A stretch of DNA of 64,000 nucleotides from assembly GCA_002457305.1 (NCBI GenBank), contig NTKG01000001.1:1191-65190 (forward strand), written 5' to 3'. The translations under genes and the position numbers were made by a program. The notes beneath the pieces are model-generated. The model was not told where the DNA came from, ran no database searches, and worked only from the letters and a program-made list of their open reading frames with translations. Below are positions 56,965-64,000 of this stretch, one piece after another; the first letter of the stretch is position 1; each line of letters opens with the position of its first letter. Source of the DNA: Bacteroidetes bacterium MED-G21 (GTDB lineage Bacteria; Bacteroidota; Bacteroidia; Flavobacteriales; UBA7430).

Positions 56965-58077
56965 ATGAGATTTTTTCTTTACATATTAAATATTCTATTA
57001 TTTGTAATTATTACACCAGCTAATTCACAGTGTAATGGTGATGAGTCTTTGTGCTTAAAAAAATATAATGAGGTTGCTTATTTAACTACTCACAATGCAT
57101 ATAGCTCTTTTGAGGACGAATTTTATTTACCAAATCAAAATTTGAACATTACATCTCAATTAAATGATGGTGTTAGAGCTTTTATGTTGGATGTCTATTC
57201 TGAGGACGGTGTGTTGGTCTTATACCATGGTACTGATCAATTGGGCTCTTCACTTTTTGTGGATGTGTTAAATGAATTCAAAACTTTTATTAATGAAAAT
57301 TCTAATGAAGTTATTACACTTATATTAGAAGATTATGGCTCTATTATTGAATTAAGTGATGCCTTATTTATTTCAGGAATAGTTGAAGATCTTTATACAT
57401 ATGATGAAGTAATAGGCTGGCCTACTCTTCAAGAGATGATTGATCTTGATCGTAGAATTGTATTGTTTTCTGATAATGTAGTTTCAAATCCACCTTCATG
57501 GTTTAATTTCATCTGGGATCATGCTGTTGAAACTCATTTTAATAATGTATCAATTGATGATTTTTCCTGTGATTTTAATAGAGGCGATTCCCAGAATGAT
57601 TTATTTATATTGAATCATTTTATAACCAATTTTGAGTTGGTTCTTTTCAATTTAGAACTCTACAATGAACAAGTTGAACAAGTAAATTCTAACCCTTATT
57701 TCATAGGTCATGTTTACGATTGCGCATCAGAAAAAGATAAATTTCCAAATTTTATAACAGTTGATTTTTATGATGTTGGGGACTGTTTAGAGGTGGTAAA
57801 TATTTTGAATGAAATTACTCAGGTAAGCACAAATGATATAACATTCCGAAACATAATATTTCCCAATCCTAGTAAGGGTATTATTCATTTAAATATTCCA
57901 GATGTAGGTACGTCATCAACTATAAGAATTACAAATATTCAAGGAGAAGAAATCAAATGGCGGGGTATTTTGGAAAGAACATATAATGGTGTCAGAATTG
58001 ATTTATCATCTATAAATAAGGGATACTATTTTTTACACATTGGAGATTATGTCTCTCCAGTTTTACTAATAGATTAA
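56965..58077 (+). CDS. Secreted PI-PLC X-domain-like phosphodiesterase with T9SS type-A C-terminal domain
   Basis: Signal peptide MRFFLYILNILLFVIITPANSQ. YNEVAYLTTHNAYSS...GVRAFMLDVY...VLYHG matches the PLC-like TIM-barrel pattern. The last ~75 aa read IIFPNPSKGIIHLNI...IRITNIQGEEI...INKGYYFLHI. Confidence 0.75.
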   Translation: MRFFLYILNILLFVIITPANSQCNGDESLCLKKYNEVAYLTTHNAYSSFEDEFYLPNQNLNITSQLNDGVRAFMLDVYSEDGVLVLYHGTDQLGSSLFVDVLNEFKTFINENSNEVITLILEDYGSIIELSDALFISGIVEDLYTYDEVIGWPTLQEMIDLDRRIVLFSDNVVSNPPSWFNFIWDHAVETHFNNVSIDDFSCDFNRGDSQNDLFILNHFITNFELVLFNLELYNEQVEQVNSNPYFIGHVYDCASEKDKFPNFITVDFYDVGDCLEVVNILNEITQVSTNDITFRNIIFPNPSKGIIHLNIPDVGTSSTIRITNIQGEEIKWRGILERTYNGVRIDLSSINKGYYFLHIGDYVSPVLLID

Positions 58078-58153
58078 CTGTTTTTTTCTGAAAAGTATAT
58101 TTCACACTCTATTTTAATGGGGTTTTAATGTTTAGGGATATTTTTAAAATCAA

Positions 58154-58161
58154 TATATTTG
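58154..58161 (+). promoter_or_regulatory. -7 box TATATTTG for the 1208-aa gene
   Basis: Exact TAnnTTTG 31 nt upstream of the ATG. Confidence 0.35.
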
Positions 58162-58192
58162 TATTCCTCCCTATAGATTTAAAACATAATAT

Positions 58193-61100
58193 ATGACTTA
58201 TAGTTATCGATTCTTTACCTCTCATCTGAGCTCTTATTCCAAATATTTATCAAAGAATTTATTCAACTTAACTTTTATTTTACTTGTATCACTTTTCCCT
58301 ATTAAATTATATCAAGTAAATGCGCAAACTGTCGATGCTAACCGATCTGGTTTCACTTGGGTCTCGACTGAAAATATAAATGATACATCTTATGGTTCGG
58401 GTTATACCGTTTATAGTGCTGCTTGGCCTGTATTTAAAGACTACCCTGGGGCAAATAATTTTCAAATGGGTTTGGGTGGCTGTTGGCTTACTACTCAAAG
58501 AACAGGAAATGAGCCAGAACAATTTTATACCACCATTGAAGGTGGTTTAGGTTGGTGGCATGATACACGTTTCGGTACAAAAGTCCCAAAGTTTATCATG
58601 GGCGGTGTTTCTTTAAATTTTCATGCATGGGCAAATGGACCTGGTGCAGGGAAAACTGGGATGCTTCCCAATGGTCAAAGGGATTGGAGTTCGCCAGGTG
58701 GAAAATATGGTGTTGCACAATTGTCTAACAAATTACTTTGGGCACCCGATGGATTAAATATGGCACAAAGTTTAAATGGTGAAATGCTTGGTTATGGATA
58801 CTCTCCTTTACCGCTTACCGAACCCATGATGCAAACAAATGGACAAGACTTGCAAACAGGAAATCAATGCTGGACCTTGTTCCTAAATTCAACTAACTTT
58901 AAAGGCCCTGCAACTTTCTTTTTGCCAACTTTTTGGACAGAGCCCGCACTAGATGATCTTTCTTTAGAAGGGTTGTTTTTAGATACCCGACCTTCAGATC
59001 CCAATATAGGTTTTGGTTTTGAACATGCGTCTTCACCAGCCTTAATTTCTGAAGATGAAGATGGTAATCTTTTCGCAAAGATTGAACCACTTCAGTTCCC
59101 TGCAAGTAATGATGATAATACAATGCTGTTAAATCAAATTTCTGTTTATTCTCAAAATGGGTTATGGAATGCTATGGAGTCATGGTTTGGTGGAGGTAGT
59201 GTCGTTCAGCCTGGAATAGATGCTGATGGAACTTTTAATGTCTCATTTACAAATAATGGTGGGTCAATGATGGGGGAGATTTCTGAAAATTGGTATGAGG
59301 GAGATCTTAATCATGAAATCGAATTAACTTACATTGATAATGTTCAGCAAACGGAGAATATTATGGGGTATGCGTTCGATACAGCAACGGTATATGAAGA
59401 ATACGGGCGCTTTATTTTACCTAAGTATTTTGAACTTAATTCTGAGAACAAATGGCAGCCAATTACTGAAGATGAATTGCCCACCTCAACGAACTTGATT
59501 TCTGCTGATGTGCCTACAACTCCACGAAGTGAAATCCCTTACTTAACCCCTTTAGATCCTGATTGTCAATGGCAAGATCTTAATGGACCATGGAATAATC
59601 CTGGGCCAAGTGCAGGTCCTTACTATGCCAAAATGGAAGATGGTTCGACCCTCACCTATTATTGGTATCGTTTTGTGGATCAACCCGCAATTATTCAAGC
59701 CAACCTCCCAGACAATATTAGGGAGGTATTGCAAACCAGAGTGGAACTCATTCATTCTAATTGGAGTCACACAGATGAATATATGGCAGCACCTGCTATT
59801 GGAGATATTGCTACATTAGATCCAAATGGTATTGTTACGCCGCCTGCAGGATTAGAAATAGGGTATGTGCCAATTGTAAGTAAACAAGAGAAAAGTACAT
59901 CTAAAGTTCGAGTATTCGTTATGGCTGGACAGTCGAATATGGAAGGCTTTGGAACCGTTGTGGATGCGGAAAACGACCCTGGAAGTTTGGTCGATGTGAT
60001 TGCAAATGATGTTGATGGTAATTGGTCGGAAATAGGAGGAGTAGACAATTGGAACTCGCTAGATGATGCCTTTATTTATTTTGCAAATGATGGAGACACC
60101 ATCAAAACAAATGTTACAGTTGGTCAAGGAAATGATCCTAATTTAATTGGAGCAGAGTTAATGTTTGCACATAAAATGGATGCTTATTATGAAGATCCTG
60201 TGTTGATCATTAAAACTGCATGGGGGGGTAAGAATCTCGCAGTAGATTTTAGACCACCTTCATCCGGAGGTGAAACAGGTGAATATTATACTGCAATGAT
60301 ACAAACCATTCAAGAGGTCACACAAAACTTAGGATCAGAATTTACAGATCTCAGTACTGCAGATTTTGAAATATCAGGATTTGCATGGTTTCAAGGTTGG
60401 AATGATGGAGGTGATGATGCTTATTTAAATGAATATGAAAGCAACCTATCTCATTTAGTAAATGACGTAAGAAATGATTTAGGTATTTCTGATCTTCCTT
60501 TTATTATTGCAAATTCGGGTCATGGAGGTTTTGAATTTACAGGTGATCTTTGGGTTCAAAACATGCAAAATATTGTTTCTGTTGCACAAGAAAATGTGGG
60601 TTGTGATGATGAAAGTTATGGTGGAAGAGTTGGCTTTGTAGAAACAAAGCAATACTATTTAAATGCTTCTGTTTCTCCCACTGATGCTATTCATCATTAT
60701 AATAATAATGCGCTTAGTTATTTAAATATAGGTGCTGCTATCGGTGATGAAATGATAAGGGCTCTAAATGATATGGCTTTCTGTTATGAAGATTGTGATG
60801 AACAAATAGCACCGGGTATCGTATCTATAGGTAATAGAGTTTGGAATGATTATAATATGGATGGGATTCAGGATTCAAATGAACCGGGTATACCTGGTGT
60901 TTCTCTAGTTATTTGGAGTGATTCAGATGGCGATAATATTCCCGATTGGCAAGGTTTCGGAGGTGTTCAGGTGACCGATAGTGAGGGTTATTATAATTTT
61001 ACCGGTTTAGAACCAGGAAATTATACTGTTTTTGTTTGGAGTGTTGATAACTGGGGGCCCGGAGAACCTTTAGAAGGATTCCAATCTTCCAACGTCTTTG

Positions 61101-61819
61101 TGTCCAATGCAAATAATGATGTGGATTTTGATAACAATGGTTTCGGAAATCCTTTTACTGATATCATGGCTGGTGTTGTAACCCTCACATTAGATCAAGA
61201 ACCTTTAGATGATGGAGATTCTTATAATTGTTATTTTAATTATGATGCGAGTGGTAACAATACTATAGATTTTGGGTTTTATAATCCAAATGTTGTTGCA
61301 GAAGGACCTTCTTGTCAAATACTTGAACTACCAGTTGGTTGGTCTACGTTTTCGACATACATGTTGCCATATAATACAGAGATAAATATCGTTTTAGCAC
61401 CTATTAATGATCAGATTGTTATAGTTAAAGACTATGCCGGAAATGCTTATTTACCAGAGTTTCTTTTTAACGGCATAGGAACGATAGATCAGGGGCAGGG
61501 TTATTATATAAAAACAACTGCAGATGTTTCGGTTGAAATATGTGGTACTTATCTTGTCCCTGAAAACCATCCTATTTCCTTGATTTCGGGCTGGAATTTA
61601 ATAGGTTATCTCAGGTTAGAGTCTGTAGAAATTACAGATGTTTTAGCTGATGTAAGTGAGGCTGGTAATTTAATTATTGCCAAAGATTATATGGGCAATG
61701 CCTATTTACCTGAATGGGATTTTAATGGTATAGGTGATATGGTGCCAGGTAGAGGATATCAATTAAAAGTTGTTCTTGATGATGTGCTTTATTTTTTATC
61801 TAACTCCGAAAACTATTAA
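58193..61819 (+). CDS. 1208-aa secreted multidomain protein: unknown N-terminal region + SASA/SGNH-type (sialate O-acetylesterase-like) domain + SdrD-B-like domain + unclassified C-terminal tandem module
   Basis: Signal peptide ...KLYQVNAQ. An unrecognised region of ~520 aa. VRVFVMAGQSNMEGFG...KTAWGGKNL...FAWFQGWND (SASA family). GNRVWNDYNMDGIQDSNEPGIPGVSLVIW...DSEGYYNFTGLEPGNYTV (SdrD B-like). The last 169 aa (nt 61310-61816) are two repeats ending FLSNSENY. Confidence 0.8.
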   Translation: MTYSYRFFTSHLSSYSKYLSKNLFNLTFILLVSLFPIKLYQVNAQTVDANRSGFTWVSTENINDTSYGSGYTVYSAAWPVFKDYPGANNFQMGLGGCWLTTQRTGNEPEQFYTTIEGGLGWWHDTRFGTKVPKFIMGGVSLNFHAWANGPGAGKTGMLPNGQRDWSSPGGKYGVAQLSNKLLWAPDGLNMAQSLNGEMLGYGYSPLPLTEPMMQTNGQDLQTGNQCWTLFLNSTNFKGPATFFLPTFWTEPALDDLSLEGLFLDTRPSDPNIGFGFEHASSPALISEDEDGNLFAKIEPLQFPASNDDNTMLLNQISVYSQNGLWNAMESWFGGGSVVQPGIDADGTFNVSFTNNGGSMMGEISENWYEGDLNHEIELTYIDNVQQTENIMGYAFDTATVYEEYGRFILPKYFELNSENKWQPITEDELPTSTNLISADVPTTPRSEIPYLTPLDPDCQWQDLNGPWNNPGPSAGPYYAKMEDGSTLTYYWYRFVDQPAIIQANLPDNIREVLQTRVELIHSNWSHTDEYMAAPAIGDIATLDPNGIVTPPAGLEIGYVPIVSKQEKSTSKVRVFVMAGQSNMEGFGTVVDAENDPGSLVDVIANDVDGNWSEIGGVDNWNSLDDAFIYFANDGDTIKTNVTVGQGNDPNLIGAELMFAHKMDAYYEDPVLIIKTAWGGKNLAVDFRPPSSGGETGEYYTAMIQTIQEVTQNLGSEFTDLSTADFEISGFAWFQGWNDGGDDAYLNEYESNLSHLVNDVRNDLGISDLPFIIANSGHGGFEFTGDLWVQNMQNIVSVAQENVGCDDESYGGRVGFVETKQYYLNASVSPTDAIHHYNNNALSYLNIGAAIGDEMIRALNDMAFCYEDCDEQIAPGIVSIGNRVWNDYNMDGIQDSNEPGIPGVSLVIWSDSDGDNIPDWQGFGGVQVTDSEGYYNFTGLEPGNYTVFVWSVDNWGPGEPLEGFQSSNVFVSNANNDVDFDNNGFGNPFTDIMAGVVTLTLDQEPLDDGDSYNCYFNYDASGNNTIDFGFYNPNVVAEGPSCQILELPVGWSTFSTYMLPYNTEINIVLAPINDQIVIVKDYAGNAYLPEFLFNGIGTIDQGQGYYIKTTADVSVEICGTYLVPENHPISLISGWNLIGYLRLESVEITDVLADVSEAGNLIIAKDYMGNAYLPEWDFNGIGDMVPGRGYQLKVVLDDVLYFLSNSENY

Positions 61820-61860
61820 TACGGCTTATAGAAGGTACTAACTTTACTAATTTATAATTT

Positions 61861-63387
61861 TTAGGGTTTTACAATCTTCTTTACTTCTCCATTTTTATAC
61901 AAATAGAATAGGAGTGCGCCTTGTTTATGCTCTTTTTGTACTCTTCCAAAAACATCTATCATTTGTAAGAGTTCAAGCGTCGGTGTTTCCCTCATATCAA
62001 TTTCTAATCCATCATCGAAATCAATTTCATCACATTCGCCATCTTGATCTGCATCATTGATACAGTTTCCTGAACAATCAAGATACATTTCTTCAGGATA
62101 AAGACAGGTTCCATCGTCCTGATTTGCCTCGGAATCCCAATTGCAAGCTACAGGATCAGTACATCCATATGAAGTTGGGTTGAGGCATGATCCATCATCT
62201 ATGGTCGCAAGAGGATCGAATTCTACATAGGCTTCATCAGTACAACCGCCAATACATTCACCATCTCCAACATAAAAATTTACAAAGGCTTGGATTGTAT
62301 CCAATGTATATGAAAAGCTCCCAATTTCAATGGTATTTCCAATCCACTCTTCAGTAATGTTACAATCGGCAAATAAATGTAAACTATAACATCCATCGGG
62401 TATGCATACCCCAATATTAAAATTTTCTTCAGTAACATGTTCAAAAGCAATCTCACCATTATTTATTTGAAAAAACATAGTATTTCCAATGAGAGAATCA
62501 TAGCTGACGTGAATTGTTTGATAGTCTTCTGAACAATATAAACAGGAACCGTCGTCTATTGTAATTTCTGAGCCTAAGTAATTTAATGCTGACGGATCTG
62601 TACAACCAATACAGCTGAAATCGCACAACATGGAATTATTTAGAGTAACCTCGGAGTCAAAGTTGCATGCAGTTGAGTCAGTACAACCTTCTATATATTC
62701 ACATGACAAATCATCGGCACCTACATTTGGGTTATAATTTTCTGCTATAGGATCTGTACAGCCATAACTTGGGGCACTGTCAAAAGCACAATCGTTGTTA
62801 ATACATCTTACAGCTCTTACCAGTGCAGGATTACTTTTTGTCCATTCTAAAGGGAGTGGTCCAACCGGTTCGCCATTTGAATTTGTGGCGGAAGGAGATA
62901 AAGACCAGGCTTTACTCGTGTTATTGCCTTGTGTGGAGCTCCAGTGTAATGCATTATTGATAGGCTGTCCCCCATGAATTTCCATCATTGAATCAATGAG
63001 GTTTATGTTTAGCATGACTTCATGCAATTCATCTTTAGAGGGTAGAAACCAATCAGAGTAGCCCCCATTATTACTGTTGAAGCAGAGGTTGCCTGCATAA
63101 TGGTTGTCGTTGTCTGCAGCCAAGCTATTTGTGTTAAATTGGCCAGCTCCAATAAATGTTTCTACTGTACCGGGATTGCCAAACCAGTGGACGCCCCATT
63201 CTGACATTAAAGTGTCATCATATCCCCAATCAAAGCTTGCTTCAAGGTATGAGGTGTCTATTATTAACCCATGTGCAGAAGAATCCATGTAAAAAATAAT
63301 ACCACCTTGATAATAGTCTCCAACACTTTGAGAAAATATTAGAGGAGTCTTAATGATTAATAAAGTGTAAAATAAGAGAGTTCTCAT
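61861..63387 (-). CDS. Secreted DUF1566 (Lcl C-terminal-like) protein with five Cys mini-repeats and a short T9SS-like C-terminal domain
   Basis: GGIIFYMDSSAHGLII...IGAGQFNT...GGYSDWFLPSKDEL (DUF1566 pattern). Repeats of GCTDPxAxN(Y/F)...DDGSC. DADQDGECDEID acidic loop. Ends MIDVFGRVQKEHKQGALLFYLYKNGEVKKIVKP. Confidence 0.75.
   Translation of the reverse strand: MRTLLFYTLLIIKTPLIFSQSVGDYYQGGIIFYMDSSAHGLIIDTSYLEASFDWGYDDTLMSEWGVHWFGNPGTVETFIGAGQFNTNSLAADNDNHYAGNLCFNSNNGGYSDWFLPSKDELHEVMLNINLIDSMMEIHGGQPINNALHWSSTQGNNTSKAWSLSPSATNSNGEPVGPLPLEWTKSNPALVRAVRCINNDCAFDSAPSYGCTDPIAENYNPNVGADDLSCEYIEGCTDSTACNFDSEVTLNNSMLCDFSCIGCTDPSALNYLGSEITIDDGSCLYCSEDYQTIHVSYDSLIGNTMFFQINNGEIAFEHVTEENFNIGVCIPDGCYSLHLFADCNITEEWIGNTIEIGSFSYTLDTIQAFVNFYVGDGECIGGCTDEAYVEFDPLATIDDGSCLNPTSYGCTDPVACNWDSEANQDDGTCLYPEEMYLDCSGNCINDADQDGECDEIDFDDGLEIDMRETPTLELLQMIDVFGRVQKEHKQGALLFYLYKNGEVKKIVKP
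62098..62250 (-). repeat. Two further CTDxxAxxF/W...DDGSC mini-repeats (residues 380-430)
   Basis: GCTDEAYVEFDPLATIDDGSCL / GCTDPVACNWDSEANQDDGTCLY. Confidence 0.8.
62536..62763 (-). repeat. Three tandem protein-level CTDPxAxNY...DDGSC cysteine mini-repeats (residues 209-284)
   Basis: GCTDPIAENYNPNVGADDLSCEY / GCTDSTACNFDSEVTLNNSMLCDF / GCTDPSALNYLGSEITIDDGSCLY. Confidence 0.8.
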
Positions 63388-63396
63388 TAATTTAGA

Positions 63397-64000
63397 TTAC
63401 AGATAACTCAGCCACCATTTTTTTGAATTTGATTTGTATTTCATGTATTTGTAACACGGTAAGTATAATATTAATACAACAAAAAGCCAAACTAGATATA
63501 CAACCCATAAAGGATATCCGTACTCAATTAATTGATTTTGTTCAGGAAGATAAGGTGTCATGTTAAACATGATGCTGTAGTCTTTATTATTAATAATTAA
63601 TAAAACAATTGCTAAAAAGTGGATTATTAAAATATGACTGAAGTAATAGAATAAAGGTACCCTCCCGAAAACAATAAAAAAGTCAGTGACTGTATTTTTG
63701 TATTTTTCTATGACGGATAATAGTAATAATGAGGGGCCAATAGTCATTAATATGTAAAGCAAGGAGGGAGGGTATTTTGTGGTGTTGAAAAAACTCATTA
63801 ACGAATATGTCAAGCTATCCTGAAGACCAAAAGGATTAGGCTCGCCATAAAAATTTGTAAGTCTTAGAATTAAAAATACACCAATAGAACAAAAACCGTA
63901 TTTCATTAATAAGGCTGCCCTCTCTTTAGCTTGATAATCAGTGTAGAGTGATCCTAAAGTATAACCAATAGCAATTAGTCCGATCCAAGGCAAAATAGGA
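63397..64000 (-). CDS. DUF1624 / heparan-alpha-glucosaminide N-acetyltransferase-like membrane protein (C-terminal part; N-terminus beyond the window)
   Basis: The reading frame is open to the window end (the track start at 63993 is only a TTG). LPWIGLIAIGYTLG motif and multiple TM helices. Its stop lies 9 nt upstream of the DUF1566 gene start. Confidence 0.65.
   Translation of the reverse strand, partial: PILPWIGLIAIGYTLGSLYTDYQAKERAALLMKYGFCSIGVFLILRLTNFYGEPNPFGLQDSLTYSLMSFFNTTKYPPSLLYILMTIGPSLLLLSVIEKYKNTVTDFFIVFGRVPLFYYFSHILIIHFLAIVLLIINNKDYSIMFNMTPYLPEQNQLIEYGYPLWVVYLVWLFVVLILYLPCYKYMKYKSNSKKWWLSYL

Noticed and set aside
1-64000. Whole-window scan for CRISPR arrays, tRNA/rRNA/tmRNA signatures (for example GGTTCGAATCC), transposases, integrases and long inverted or direct DNA repeats.
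   Set aside because: None was seen by eye. The only repeats are protein-level domain repeats and the short motifs reported above. A computational scan (tRNAscan-SE, Infernal, CRISPR finders, ISfinder) would be needed to make this negative result firm.

Overview
The window is a Bacteroidota chromosome segment, most likely a marine Flavobacteriales lineage. The phylum call rests on the fused lpxC/fabZ gene, many TAnnTTTG -7 promoter boxes, T9SS parts and cargo, and the absence of Shine-Dalgarno sites. It is AT-rich by eye and densely coding, with about 62 CDS. I found no rRNA, tRNA, CRISPR array, transposase or integrase. The housekeeping backbone is greA, HIT, ruvC, ruvB, ubiX, gcvH, a TonB-like protein, alaS, hutU, rnhB, efp, the lpxD-lpxC/fabZ-lpxA operon, porX-tsaE-ald, a proline dehydrogenase, aroB-aroA and a small wzx/wzz/O-antigen-ligase/GT4 surface-polysaccharide locus. 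Several blocks deserve a second look. (1) At 55.7-63.4 kb lies an islet of four secreted multidomain proteins. Two unrelated enzymes there share a strictly C-terminal tandem module of about 170 aa that I cannot assign to a family, while their neighbours carry classical T9SS CTDs. A CTDPxAxNY...DDGSC cysteine mini-repeat also recurs in the islet. (2) At 0-7.9 kb there is a trio of a TBDR-like barrel, a 1343-aa CTD protein and a PorV/PorQ-like barrel. (3) At 13.6-17.7 kb a tightly coupled operon encodes TlpA, a DUF6029-like barrel, a CxxC Omp28-like protein, a small barrel and UbiX. (4) At 28.4-30.2 kb there is a low-GC islet with a glycine-zipper lipoprotein, unannotated tiny membrane ORFs, flanking direct repeats and a structured GC-richer element. 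(5) At 52.2-54.7 kb a barrel with a ComEA-like HhH domain is paired with a small barrel. All functional calls come from reading motifs by eye. No database search was run.
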